A stretch of DNA of 64,000 bases from Candidatus Gastranaerophilales bacterium (GCA_944326525.1 CALVEG010000003.1:73846-137845); one strand, 5' to 3'; positions 30,924 to 41,228 are shown, counted from the stretch's first letter. Numbers and translations are program-made. The notes: generated by a model from the sequence alone, not told the origin.

Positions 30924-32078
30924 ATGATGCAAATTCCAAATCTCCCCAAGCCTTACATGACGCAAGCGATACAGCAACCGCAACCACAGAGCTATAATGC
31001 GGTAAAAATTGATGTACACAATCCGTCAGTAATTGCACCTGGTGCAGTTCCAATGCAAACAGCACAGTATGCGCAACCGACAATGCCTTATTACCAATAT
31101 CCACAGGCACCGGTTTATGAGTATCCGCAAGCTCCGGTACAACCTTATTACATGCCTGCTCAACAGCCTGTAGTAATTCCACCACAAATTACAGAACAAG
31201 CTCCTTCAGCTCCGCAAGCTCCAGCTCCGGCTCCGGTAGCAGAAGTCCCGACAACTCCGGCTCCTGCAGTTCCTGAACCAGTTGTTACTCAACAATCGGC
31301 TGAACAACCTAAAGCTGAAAAGGCTCCACAGGTAGAAACTCCTGTCCCGCTTGAACCGCAAGTTGATTTGAATGCTTTTATTGCAAAGCTTACCAACCCG
31401 GACTATGAAGTTCAAGCTGCCGGCATGGAAGAAATAGCTAATATGGTTAAGGATAACCCGCAAAAAGCTACTGAATTGCTTGATGTTAAAGTAATGGATA
31501 CTTTGAATAATATTATTAATACAGATTCTTCAAAACTTGCAGGACCTACACAGGAACAAATTGCAGCAAGACAAAAATTGATGAAGAATGAAAAAATGAC
31601 TGATGCAGAAAAAACACTTGCAACAACTATCACTCCGATGGAACAAGCTGAAAGAAATAAAAGCTATGCAATGTTCACAACTGCAATCCTCCAGAAACTA
31701 TACTCAGATGAAGTTTCAAAATTAACTAACACAACTGTTCCGTTAACAGAACTTCCTGGCGCAGTTTCAATAGTTGAACAACTTAAAAACAACCCGAACC
31801 CAATGGTAAGAACTTCTGCAATTGAAGCTTTAAGTTATATCCAACAGCCGGCTTACAAAGCAGACCTTAATACTCTCTTCACCATTGCAAAGAACGACCA
31901 AGACAAAAATGTTCAGGAAGCAGCAAACGCAGCTTTGGCAAAATTAGCACAAATGCAGGATCAACCGGCAAAAACTGCTGAAATGACTCCAAATGCAGCT
32001 CCTGTACAGAATAATAATCAGCAACCAAAAACAATTGAAATGACTCCTGCTGCACAAGCTCCGGCTCAAGCAGCATAA
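30924..32078 (+). CDS. P/Q/A-rich protein with HEAT-like repeats
   Basis: Start set to ATG 30924 (SD aaaggaaaag; the track start is a TTG). The N-terminal ~140 aa are P/Q/A/Y-rich. The C-terminal part has HEAT-like helices (NPMVRTSAIEALSYI, DKNVQEAANAAL). Confidence 0.65.
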   Translation: MMQIPNLPKPYMTQAIQQPQPQSYNAVKIDVHNPSVIAPGAVPMQTAQYAQPTMPYYQYPQAPVYEYPQAPVQPYYMPAQQPVVIPPQITEQAPSAPQAPAPAPVAEVPTTPAPAVPEPVVTQQSAEQPKAEKAPQVETPVPLEPQVDLNAFIAKLTNPDYEVQAAGMEEIANMVKDNPQKATELLDVKVMDTLNNIINTDSSKLAGPTQEQIAARQKLMKNEKMTDAEKTLATTITPMEQAERNKSYAMFTTAILQKLYSDEVSKLTNTTVPLTELPGAVSIVEQLKNNPNPMVRTSAIEALSYIQQPAYKADLNTLFTIAKNDQDKNVQEAANAALAKLAQMQDQPAKTAEMTPNAAPVQNNNQQPKTIEMTPAAQAPAQAA

Positions 32079-32113
32079 GCAAATCAATTCCTTTCTTTAA
32101 ATAATAACTATAG

Positions 32114-32145
32114 AAGCCCTTGTGAATATTTCCAAGGGCTTTTTA
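32114..32145. terminator. bidirectional rho-independent terminator
   Basis: AAGCCCTTG-tgaatatttc-CAAGGGCTT followed by TTTT, between convergent genes. Confidence 0.65.
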
Positions 32146-32154
32146 ATTTATGAA

Positions 32155-33051
32155 TTACAATGTTTTGTTAATGAATAATTCTAATTCGTTTAATTTTGCA
32201 TGAGCTCCAACAGGAACGGTTGTTTTGCAGCAAGTATGTGTTATTTTAAATCCTCTTGTGCAAGGAACATTAAGTTCTTCTGCTGTTTCTTTAAAGAGTT
32301 CCAACAACCAATCTCTGTTGTCAGTGTCTGCGAAGTAGCCAAAACAAATTCCTGTAATATTTTGTCTGAACTTTTCTATATTCATTAATTGTCTAAGCAT
32401 TCTGTCAATTTTGTATACAGGTTCACAGATATCCTCGGCAAAGAATATAAACGGTTCATCAGGTATAAAGTCAACTCCGCAAAGTGAAGCTGTTGTTGCT
32501 AGATTTCCGCCCCACAAAATGCCTGCTGCTTGACCAGATTTTATAACAGTTTCGCCAAAAATTGAATAAGTATCTTCAGTTAAGGCTTTAAAAAATTCAT
32601 TCATTGTATATTCGGATCTGTCAGTTTTTCCAAAGTCACTCATAATCATTGGACCTGAATAAGTCATTAGACCTGCCTTTTTGAAAAACATTAGATTTAA
32701 TGCGGTAATATCTGAATATCCGCAAAAAATTTTAGGGTTATTTCGAATAATTGAATAATCAATTTTATTAATAAGCCTTAATGCGCCATAACCTCCACGC
32801 ATACAGATAATAGCGTTAATTTTCGGATTTTCAAAGAAGGCATGGAGATTTTTAATTTTAGTCAAGTCATCGCCTGCCAAATAGCGATTTTTAAGGTATA
32901 AATCGTTGCTAACTAACGTTTTAAATCCAAGCTTTGAAAAGTAGTCAATGGCTGTCATGACCGGTGTTGTATCATCACCAATTGCACCTGATGGCGCTAA
33001 TATTCCTATAGTGTCCCCCTGCTTCAGAACAGGCGGTTTAATTATGTTCAT
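32155..33051 (-). CDS. ldcA: LD-carboxypeptidase (peptidase S66)
   Basis: GDTIGILAPSG, GYSDITAL Ser motif, C-terminal His region. Confidence 0.85.
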   Translation of the reverse strand: MNIIKPPVLKQGDTIGILAPSGAIGDDTTPVMTAIDYFSKLGFKTLVSNDLYLKNRYLAGDDLTKIKNLHAFFENPKINAIICMRGGYGALRLINKIDYSIIRNNPKIFCGYSDITALNLMFFKKAGLMTYSGPMIMSDFGKTDRSEYTMNEFFKALTEDTYSIFGETVIKSGQAAGILWGGNLATTASLCGVDFIPDEPFIFFAEDICEPVYKIDRMLRQLMNIEKFRQNITGICFGYFADTDNRDWLLELFKETAEELNVPCTRGFKITHTCCKTTVPVGAHAKLNELELFINKTL

Positions 33052-33091
33052 ATTTTACCCCTTTTAAACATAACTCTGTTATAATATTACC

Positions 33092-34978
33092 ATGAATGAA
33101 AAATATATTCCGTTATATCGTAAATATCGTCCGCAAAGATTAGAGGAAGTCGTCGGACAAGAACATATTAAAAAAGCTTTGGCTAACGCTATTGAGATGA
33201 ATAAAATCTCTCATGCTTATCTTTTTACAGGTCCAAGAGGTACAGGTAAAACTTCTACAGCCAGAATTTTTGCAAAATCTTTAAACTGTGTGAATGGGCC
33301 AACTGTAAATCCTTGTTGTGAGTGCGAAAATTGCCGTGATATTACAAATTCCGTTCCTATGGATGTTATTGAAATTGATGCCGCAAGTAATCGTAAAGTT
33401 GAAGATGCTCAGAATATTCTTGAAAAAGTTATGTATGCGCCTGTAAATAGCAGGTATAAAATTTATATAATAGATGAAGTTCACATGCTTTCAACTACCG
33501 CTTTCAATGCTCTTTTGAAAACATTAGAAGAACCTCCGAAAAATGTTATTTTTATTTTGGCTACTACAGAAGTTCATAAAGTTTTGGATACGATTAAAAG
33601 TCGTTGTCAGAGATTTGATTTTAGAAGAATTACGACGGATGATATTGTTAAACATTTAAGATACATTTCAGATTGCGAAAAAATTAATATTACTGATGAT
33701 GCGCTTTCAACTATTGCTAAAAATTCTGCAGGCGGAATGAGGGACAGTATTGCGCTTCTGGATCAGTTAAGCGTTTTAGGTACAAAGGATGCTATTACAA
33801 CTGACGATATTAATTCTTTGTTAGGGCGAATTTCTTTTGATGTTTTGCACGGTTTAAGTGATTGTATTTTGGCGTCAGACCATGCCGGTGCTGTTGAAAT
33901 TCTTGAGAAGATTTACAATTCAGGTAATGAACCGGTGCAAATTTTGCAGAACTTACTTGATTATTTTAAAAATCTTCTTGTTGTTAAAAATTGCAAGCAG
34001 GAGATTAGTATTGAGATTACTCAGCTTAATGAATTGCAGATTTTAGATATGAGCAAGCAAGCCGAAAAGGTAGAAACTCATCAAATTATTTCATTATGCG
34101 ACAAGTGTGCGTCATATATAAAAGATTTGAAATCAACAAACAATCCAAGATTGTGGTTAGAAATTGCAATAATTGATTTGGCAAACTTGGCGGAAAATAC
34201 AAAGCTTGATGATTTGCAATCTCGATTGAGTGTACTTGAAGGCGGCGGGGTAAGAACGGAAGTGCATCATTCAGTAAATCGTGCTGAAATTCCAAGACCT
34301 GCTCCGATTTCACAACCTAAGGAAGTTTATCACCAATCGGAAAGTGTAAAAGAACATTCTTCATCTGTTAGAAGTGAAGAGAAAAAAACTTCGGATGTTC
34401 TTCCTAAAGTTGCCGCTAAAGGTGAGGCTTTGCAAGATGATTCGGATTTTTCTCCAATGCCGGTTGCAAAGGCTTCAAGCGGAGGAGATATATTATCGCT
34501 TTGGGGTGAACTTTTGGCAAATATTCAAAGCGCTCCGACAAGAGCTCTCTTAAAACAATGGGCAAAACCAGTAAAACTTGAGCCTGATGATGTTGTTATT
34601 ACGGTTAAGAATGACATGCTTCTAAGCCAGTTCGTCACCGGTAGTAAAAAAGCTGTTCTGCAAAAAGCAGTTGATGGTCTTTTTAACCAAGAAAATACTA
34701 ATATTACAGTTAGACTTCCGCAGGCCGGGGATGATATTCCGCAAGGAAATGTTACTGTCCCAAAGCCTAAGCCGGCTCCTGTTGTAAAACCTGCAGAGCC
34801 GGATGAAAATGAAAATTTAGAGGAGGTTTCAGCTGCTGTAGAAGTTTCTGATGAAGAAATTGAAGATGGTTCGGAGGATGCATCAGAAAATTCTCAAAGA
34901 TCTCATTCCTTTGAAGATATGCATTCCGATACTGTAAATATGGTTATGGATTTGTTTGACGGAAAAGTAATTGATTAA
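33092..34978 (+). CDS. dnaX: DNA polymerase III subunit gamma/tau
   Basis: YRPQRLEEVVGQEH, GPRGTGKTS, zinc module CxxCxxC, SRCQRF. Confidence 0.92.
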   Translation: MNEKYIPLYRKYRPQRLEEVVGQEHIKKALANAIEMNKISHAYLFTGPRGTGKTSTARIFAKSLNCVNGPTVNPCCECENCRDITNSVPMDVIEIDAASNRKVEDAQNILEKVMYAPVNSRYKIYIIDEVHMLSTTAFNALLKTLEEPPKNVIFILATTEVHKVLDTIKSRCQRFDFRRITTDDIVKHLRYISDCEKINITDDALSTIAKNSAGGMRDSIALLDQLSVLGTKDAITTDDINSLLGRISFDVLHGLSDCILASDHAGAVEILEKIYNSGNEPVQILQNLLDYFKNLLVVKNCKQEISIEITQLNELQILDMSKQAEKVETHQIISLCDKCASYIKDLKSTNNPRLWLEIAIIDLANLAENTKLDDLQSRLSVLEGGGVRTEVHHSVNRAEIPRPAPISQPKEVYHQSESVKEHSSSVRSEEKKTSDVLPKVAAKGEALQDDSDFSPMPVAKASSGGDILSLWGELLANIQSAPTRALLKQWAKPVKLEPDDVVITVKNDMLLSQFVTGSKKAVLQKAVDGLFNQENTNITVRLPQAGDDIPQGNVTVPKPKPAPVVKPAEPDENENLEEVSAAVEVSDEEIEDGSEDASENSQRSHSFEDMHSDTVNMVMDLFDGKVID

Positions 34979-34994
34979 AATATAACTTTAATTT

Positions 34995-36050
34995 CTATTT
35001 TTGCATTTTGTAGTATGTAAGCATAATATCGGGTTCAAATGTTTGCATGTCGTCGAACTTGAAATCCAAAGTATCTCTTATTAATGTGATATTTTTACCG
35101 TCAAATGCTGATTTAGCAGTGTTGTCTGAGATTATTTTTGGTGCTAAAAAGTGGTAAATTTTATCGGTGTAATTAAGAAGTGCGCCATTTAATTTGCCTC
35201 CGCATTCTGCCAGAATGCTCATAATCCCAATTTTATAAGCTTTTTTTATAATAAATTCAATGTCAAGTTTTTCATTAATTGTTGGTGTTGGAATAAAATT
35301 AATATCAGGAATTTGCGGTGGGGTTAGGTTTTTATCGAAAAATACATGAATATTCCCAGACTTATAAATATTGGCATTTTTAAAGTCAGTTTTTAAAGTT
35401 CTATCCAAAATGATTTTATTCTTATGCTCCATTGTCGGGTTGTCTGCAATAATTGTTGAGGAACTCGTAAGGATTGCATCATATTTTTTTCTTATTCTTC
35501 TGACTTCTTGGCGTGCCGGAGTCGAGGTTATCCATTTTGAATCGCCTATTGAAGTTGCAATTTTGCCATCAAGTGTAGTTGCTGTTTTGAGTGCGACAAA
35601 GGTTCGTTTTTCTTTTTGATTAGTTATAAAAATTTCGTTTAATTTTCTTGCTTCATTCTCCAGAATCCCTTCAACAACCTCAATACCTGCATCAGTTAAT
35701 TTTTTAATCCCATTCCCTTCAACAATGGGGTTTACGTCACGCATTCCAATTACGACTTTTTTTATACCATATTCAATAATTAAATCCGCACAAGGTGGAG
35801 TCTTTCCGTAATGTGAACAGGGTTCTAGGTTAACAATAAGAGTTCCGCCTTTTGCAATTTCAGGAGTAATCTTTAAAAGAGCATCTCTTTCCGCATGGTT
35901 TTTGCCGCATTTTGCATGAAACCCCTCGGATATAACATTTCCGGATTTATCAAGTACAATACAACCTACCATAGGGTTCGGCGAAGTTTCACCTTCTCCC
36001 TGTTTTGCAAGTTCAATGCATTTTTCCATATATGTTTCGTATTGTTGCAT
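34995..36050 (-). CDS. ribD: bifunctional riboflavin biosynthesis deaminase/reductase
   Basis: NPMVGCIV...HAERDAL...PCSHYGKTPPC deaminase motifs plus C-terminal reductase domain. Confidence 0.92.
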   Translation of the reverse strand: MQQYETYMEKCIELAKQGEGETSPNPMVGCIVLDKSGNVISEGFHAKCGKNHAERDALLKITPEIAKGGTLIVNLEPCSHYGKTPPCADLIIEYGIKKVVIGMRDVNPIVEGNGIKKLTDAGIEVVEGILENEARKLNEIFITNQKEKRTFVALKTATTLDGKIATSIGDSKWITSTPARQEVRRIRKKYDAILTSSSTIIADNPTMEHKNKIILDRTLKTDFKNANIYKSGNIHVFFDKNLTPPQIPDINFIPTPTINEKLDIEFIIKKAYKIGIMSILAECGGKLNGALLNYTDKIYHFLAPKIISDNTAKSAFDGKNITLIRDTLDFKFDDMQTFEPDIMLTYYKMQK

Positions 36051-36113
36051 ATTTGAATTTTATCAAAAAATCTGTTATTTTGAAACTGTATAAGTTAAAT
36101 AGGAGCAAGTAAA

Positions 36114-36779
36114 ATGGATATTAGATACTTAGGACATAGTGCTTTTCACTTTAAATCTGGGGATAGAACAATTCTTGTTGATCCTTATATTAAGCAAAAT
36201 GAAAAATATGACTGGCATGCTGAAAATATTACTGATATTTTCGTAACTCATGGTCATGCTGATCATATCGGTGATGCTGTAGAAATTGCGAAAGAAAAAG
36301 GTGCAACAGTTTCAGCAGTAGTTGAGTTAGCAAAATATTTTTCAGATCAAGGAATTACAACTAATAGTGTTAATTTCGGAAGTTGGCTAAATTATCCTTG
36401 GGGTAAAGCAATTTTTGTACCTGCGTTCCATTCAAATTCATTGCCTGACGGATCTTATGCGGGTAGTGCTGCAGGTATAATTTTTGATATCGAAAATGTT
36501 CGTATGTATCATGCCGGTGATACTGCTCTTACAAGTGAAATGAAATTGATTAAAGAACTTTATCATCCGACTATTGCAATGCTTCCGATTGGCGGACATT
36601 ATACTATGGATGTTGTTCATGCTGCGGTTGCTGCTGATTGGTTAGGGGCAAGAACTGTTATTCCGATGCACTATAACACGTTCCCTGAAATTAAAGCAGA
36701 TCTTGAATTGTTCCACAAGCTTGTTAATTTGAATAATACAAATTGTATGATTTTGAATCCTGAAGAATTAACCAAGTAA
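36114..36779 (+). CDS. metal-dependent hydrolase, UPF0173/MBL fold
   Basis: YLGHSAF...THGHADH motif, 221 aa. Confidence 0.8.
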   Translation: MDIRYLGHSAFHFKSGDRTILVDPYIKQNEKYDWHAENITDIFVTHGHADHIGDAVEIAKEKGATVSAVVELAKYFSDQGITTNSVNFGSWLNYPWGKAIFVPAFHSNSLPDGSYAGSAAGIIFDIENVRMYHAGDTALTSEMKLIKELYHPTIAMLPIGGHYTMDVVHAAVAADWLGARTVIPMHYNTFPEIKADLELFHKLVNLNNTNCMILNPEELTK

Positions 36780-36869
36780 GTGAATAAGTTTATATTCTAA
36801 GATAAAATCATTAGATTAATTGCTTTATAAAGTTGAATATGTTATATTTTCTTTTTGAAAAGAGGCAAT

Positions 36870-37847
36870 ATGGATATTTTATTTTTAATTGATAGGCTTG
36901 AACTTAAGTATTTTGAGTTTAATAATCTAGTGACAAATTTTTGGATTATAAGAGAATTAGTAAGAAAAAATAATAATGTTTTTATAACAACAATTGACAA
37001 ACTTGGAATTAGCAGTGAGAAAGCTTATGCTCACTGCTTTTCCGTGTTTGAAAACCATGGGAATATTCTTTACAACAGAAAAGAAATTAAAAGAGATATT
37101 GAATCTTTTCCTCTTGTTTTATTTAGAAATGATCCTCCTGTTGATATTGATTATATAAATGCAACTTATGTTTTCGATTTTGTTGATAGAAATAAAACAT
37201 TTGTTATGAATGAACCAAGAGCTATAAGAGATTTTAATGAAAAACTTCATGCAATGCTGTTCCCGGAACTGATGCCTGAGCATATTGTGACGTCTTCTAA
37301 AAAAGATATTCTTGAATTTCTTGATAATTATGGCGAAATTGTTTTAAAGCCTTTGAATAAGTGCTTTGGTTCCGGTGTTATGACTTTAAAAAAGGGGGAT
37401 AAAAATACCGCTGTTATAATAAATTCTATGACAAATAACGGTTCTGGACTTGTTATGGTTCAGCGATATTTAGAGAAGGCAAAGTTTGGAGATAAAAGGG
37501 TGTTGTTTTTAGGTGAAGATGTTTTGCCTTATTGCGTTCAGAAACTTCCATCTAATGACGATTTTAAATTTAATGAGCATTGTGATGCAAATATTGTGAA
37601 AGCCGGTTTATCAGTTGATGAGCTTGAAAAATTTAAACCTGTTGCAAAGAAACTTAATTCAATGGGTATATTTATGACTGGGTTAGACGTAATTGACGGT
37701 AAGATTATCGAAATTAATGTTACCAGTCCTTGCTATTTTATAAAAGAAATCAACCATCATTTCGGTATAGAATTAGAAAAGCAAGTTACAGATTTTATTA
37801 TTTCGAAGGCGTCATCTCATCCATCTGCGGCATTCTGTGCTCTTTAA
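36870..37847 (+). CDS. glutathione-synthetase-like ATP-grasp enzyme
   Basis: GshB-like N-domain and ATP-grasp (IVLKPLNKCFGSGV, DKRVLFLGEDVLPY); start set to ATG 36870. Confidence 0.6.
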   Translation: MDILFLIDRLELKYFEFNNLVTNFWIIRELVRKNNNVFITTIDKLGISSEKAYAHCFSVFENHGNILYNRKEIKRDIESFPLVLFRNDPPVDIDYINATYVFDFVDRNKTFVMNEPRAIRDFNEKLHAMLFPELMPEHIVTSSKKDILEFLDNYGEIVLKPLNKCFGSGVMTLKKGDKNTAVIINSMTNNGSGLVMVQRYLEKAKFGDKRVLFLGEDVLPYCVQKLPSNDDFKFNEHCDANIVKAGLSVDELEKFKPVAKKLNSMGIFMTGLDVIDGKIIEINVTSPCYFIKEINHHFGIELEKQVTDFIISKASSHPSAAFCAL

Positions 37848-38871
37848 CCACTCCTCCGATATCAATGATTTTAACTATAGCTTTACCGTTTTCATCAGTT
37901 CCGATAACGGCATTATCCTTGTGTAGATCTAAATGTCTTAATCCTGCTTTTTCTAATTCAGATTGAAGGTAGCCAATTATAATTTCTTCTTTTGATTTCG
38001 GAACGTATCTGCCTTTTGGGTTTGTTTTTCCAGGATTTATATTTCTGTCAATAAGTTCAGTGACGTCTATGCCTGTTTGTTTTTGAAAATCATAGTAGAA
38101 ATCTTGAAGTGTTTGATAGCTGGATTTGAAACGTACTATCGGACTTATATGTCTTGGCGGAGTTGCATATTCTGAGGTTATATAATTTCCTTTAATATCT
38201 CCCCAATATAGCTTTGATATGTATTTGCAGTTTAGTTTATTTAAGTTCAGCCAGTGAGCGGTTTCAGCTTTGACTCCATTGTAATCGGCTTCAATTGAGT
38301 CAGGTATTGAATCTCTGAACTTTTTAATAAATAGTTTTTCGAGTGAGGGATTTTTCCCCTTTTCTCTTAGAACATAACCTCTGTTAATATATCGTCCTGT
38401 AACTTTTCTTCTTTTTAAATTCACGGAATTTGTTTCCGGAATTATGCCAAAATGGCGAAGCGCTTTCGTTAAAAAATGTGAGGCTTCTTTAATTCTTCGA
38501 TTTTCAAGATTTCTTCTCTGTTGATTAAATTCTTTACTTCTTGCAGGCGCGTTGTAAGGTTTAAGGTGTTTTACAGCAGCCCTGAAAGCAAGAAAAATTT
38601 TCTTTATAATTTCGTTTTTTGTTTCCGCTGGGTAATTTTCAAGTTTCTTAATCCATCCGGCAGGTAGAGAACCCGCTATCCAATTGCTTTCAGGATCTTT
38701 AATGAAGATTTCCTCTATTTCTTTTTGAGTTTCAATAAAATGTTTGGTAAAAATGTCTGTTGCGCCGGTGAAACTTAAGGGTTTTGCCGGTTTAAATGCA
38801 TTCGAATTATTATTTTTTGCACGAAAAACTTCTAATTGGGGATGTATATTGAAAAAATTATTTAATATCAT
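37798..38871 (-). CDS. hypothetical protein with protein-kinase-like/APH-like catalytic motifs
   Basis: 357 aa; HLDLHKDNAVI (HxDxxxxN) followed by IIDIGG (DFG-like); 50-nt tail-to-tail overlap with the ATP-grasp gene. Confidence 0.5.
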   Translation of the reverse strand: MILNNFFNIHPQLEVFRAKNNNSNAFKPAKPLSFTGATDIFTKHFIETQKEIEEIFIKDPESNWIAGSLPAGWIKKLENYPAETKNEIIKKIFLAFRAAVKHLKPYNAPARSKEFNQQRRNLENRRIKEASHFLTKALRHFGIIPETNSVNLKRRKVTGRYINRGYVLREKGKNPSLEKLFIKKFRDSIPDSIEADYNGVKAETAHWLNLNKLNCKYISKLYWGDIKGNYITSEYATPPRHISPIVRFKSSYQTLQDFYYDFQKQTGIDVTELIDRNINPGKTNPKGRYVPKSKEEIIIGYLQSELEKAGLRHLDLHKDNAVIGTDENGKAIVKIIDIGGVVKEHRMPQMDEMTPSK

Positions 38872-38919
38872 ACTAACAATGTAGCAAATAAAAATTAAAT
38901 GTAAATAGAATTTTAAATT

Positions 38920-39996
38920 TTATTTCACTCTTGAGAAAACTTCAACATCAATATCGTCAAAGGTGTTAGTGTTAAAGTATGCGCAAGAAGCAACCATAGC
39001 GGCATTATCAGTACAGTATTTCATTGGAGGTGCAAAAACTTTGTATCCATCTTTTTCAAAATCGAATATTTTTCTTCTTATTTCAGAATTAGCTGCAACA
39101 CCGCCTGCTATTACGACTTGGTTGTAACCTCTTTCCTCAACGGCTTTTTTCAGTTTTTTTGCTAAAGTTTTTGATGCAGTTTCCTGAAAACTTGCGCAAA
39201 GGTCATTTACTATGTTTTGAGGAAGTTCTTCAGTGTTGTATTGTGCTTTTAAATCTTTAACAAGTCTAAGAACAGCCGTTTTAAGTCCGCTAAAGCTAAA
39301 ATTAAATCCGTCAACTTTTGCCTGAGGAAGCTGATATGCTTTAGGATTTCCTTCTTGGGCAAGTTTATCAAGCCTTGGACCTCCTGGGTATGGAAGTCCG
39401 ATTAATCTTGCAACTTTGTCGTAAGCTTCCCCTACAGCATCGTCGATTGTTTCGCCGATAATTGTTTGTTTAGAGTAAGATTCAACATCAATAATCTGAG
39501 TATGTCCACCGCTTATCAAAAGTGCCATAAAAGGCGGTTTTAAATCTGTATCAAGATAATTCCCGCAAAGGTGCGCATTCAGGTGGTTGACTCCGATAAA
39601 TGGCTTGTCATAAACAAGAGATAAAGTTTTTGCTGCATTAAGTCCTACAAGCAGGCATCCCACAAGTCCCGGACCTACTGTTCCTGCAAATGCTGTTATG
39701 TCTTTTGGCTCAAGTCCGCAAATTTCCTTTGCTTGTGAAAAAGCTTCTTCTATTACTATATTAATACTATCAAGATGTTCTCTGGCAGCGATTTCAGGAA
39801 TAACGCCGCCAAATTTGGCATGGGTTTTAATCTGAGAAGCAACGACATTTGCTATTACTTCCCGACCGTTTTTAACTATTGAACAAGCTGTTTCATCGCA
39901 ACTGGATTCTATGGCCATAATATAATTGTCGTAACAGCTCTCAGGCCCTATTTCAACTTCTTTATGTGAAAATGTTGTACTCTTTATGTTTTTCAT
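38920..39996 (-). CDS. tsaD: tRNA N6-adenosine threonylcarbamoyltransferase
   Basis: IESSCDETA, GVNHLxAH, Kae1/TsaD core; true start may be the ATG at 39918 (MAIESSCDE). Confidence 0.92.
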   Translation of the reverse strand: MKNIKSTTFSHKEVEIGPESCYDNYIMAIESSCDETACSIVKNGREVIANVVASQIKTHAKFGGVIPEIAAREHLDSINIVIEEAFSQAKEICGLEPKDITAFAGTVGPGLVGCLLVGLNAAKTLSLVYDKPFIGVNHLNAHLCGNYLDTDLKPPFMALLISGGHTQIIDVESYSKQTIIGETIDDAVGEAYDKVARLIGLPYPGGPRLDKLAQEGNPKAYQLPQAKVDGFNFSFSGLKTAVLRLVKDLKAQYNTEELPQNIVNDLCASFQETASKTLAKKLKKAVEERGYNQVVIAGGVAANSEIRRKIFDFEKDGYKVFAPPMKYCTDNAAMVASCAYFNTNTFDDIDVEVFSRVK

Positions 39997-40100
39997 AGTT
40001 TGATTATAGCTAAAAGAATTTGATACTGCAAGGAGATATAAAAGGTGTTTTTTAAAGTTTAATTTTAAAATATTTTATAAATTCGTGCTAAAATTAGTTT

Positions 40101-41150
40101 ATGGAAAGTAACGGTAAAAAAGCGGTTGTTGCATTAAGCGGCGGAGTCGACAGTTCTGTGGCTGCACTTCTTTTAAAGCAGCAAGGATACGAAGTTATAG
40201 GGCTTACTGGGAAAATGTTTGATTCTGAAGCATCGGATTCGGTTATTGAAAATGCGCGAAATGTTGCCGAATCTTTAGGAATTGAACATTATGTATATGA
40301 TTCTTCAAAGCTTTTTAAGGAAAAAGTAATTGATTATTTTGAAGGTTCTTATAGAAATGGAAAAACCCCAAATCCGTGTATTATGTGTAATAAATTTATA
40401 AAATGGGGCGAGTTGTTCGATTTTGCGATTAATTCTTTAGGTGCTGATGTTTATGCGACCGGACACTATGCAAAGATAATAAATGACAATGGAAAGTTTT
40501 TACTTTATCCGGCATCTGACGAGCACAAAGATCAGCTTTATTTTTTGTATAAGTTAAAACAAGAACAGCTTGCAAAGACGATATTCCCTTTAAGCGGGTA
40601 CAAAAAGCTTGAAGTAAGAGAGATCGCAAGCGATTATAATTTGCCGACAAAATCTTCAAAAGAAAGTCAGGATATTTGCTTTATTCAAAAGCCGATGACA
40701 TCCAAAAAGTATTTAATGGAAAAATTCGGGATAAAGCGAGGGGAATTTGTTGATATTTTAACAGGCAAAAAATGGGGAGAGCATAATGGTTGTTATCAAT
40801 ATACAATAGGCCAGCGAAAAGGGATTGGAATTGCTGCTCCTTATCCTTTATATGTGGTTAAGATTGATGCATCCAAAAATATTGTTTATCTTGGTAGAGA
40901 AGAAGATACTTTTAGAGAAAAATTAGAGATAAATGATTTGAACTTTTTTGAGTATTCATCTGGAGATACATTTGATGCTAATGTAAAAATCAGATACAAT
41001 ATGAGTGCTAAAAAAGCCCAGATAAAAATTTATGATAATTTTGCAGAAATAAAATTTTATGAACCCGTAAACTCAATAACATCAGGTCAAGCCGGAGTAA
41101 TTTATGATGAGGATGACGGGCATTTAATAGGCGGTGGAGTTGTAGTCTAA
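40101..41150 (+). CDS. mnmA: tRNA 2-thiouridine(34) synthase
   Basis: VALSGGVDSSVAA PP-loop, NPCIMCN, TGHYA. Confidence 0.93.
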   Translation: MESNGKKAVVALSGGVDSSVAALLLKQQGYEVIGLTGKMFDSEASDSVIENARNVAESLGIEHYVYDSSKLFKEKVIDYFEGSYRNGKTPNPCIMCNKFIKWGELFDFAINSLGADVYATGHYAKIINDNGKFLLYPASDEHKDQLYFLYKLKQEQLAKTIFPLSGYKKLEVREIASDYNLPTKSSKESQDICFIQKPMTSKKYLMEKFGIKRGEFVDILTGKKWGEHNGCYQYTIGQRKGIGIAAPYPLYVVKIDASKNIVYLGREEDTFREKLEINDLNFFEYSSGDTFDANVKIRYNMSAKKAQIKIYDNFAEIKFYEPVNSITSGQAGVIYDEDDGHLIGGGVVV

Positions 41151-41228
41151 ATAGCTTTATAAGGTTATTTTTCGCAAGCTTGTAAAAAAAAATTGTAGTT
41201 GTATCATGTTTTAGGGAGGGAGAAAGTT

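Noticed and set aside
36051-36113. FMN riboswitch upstream of ribD (and none near ribF)
   Set aside because: Only 63 nt of intergenic space are available and no recognisable FMN-element conserved helices are present. That is too short for the aptamer.
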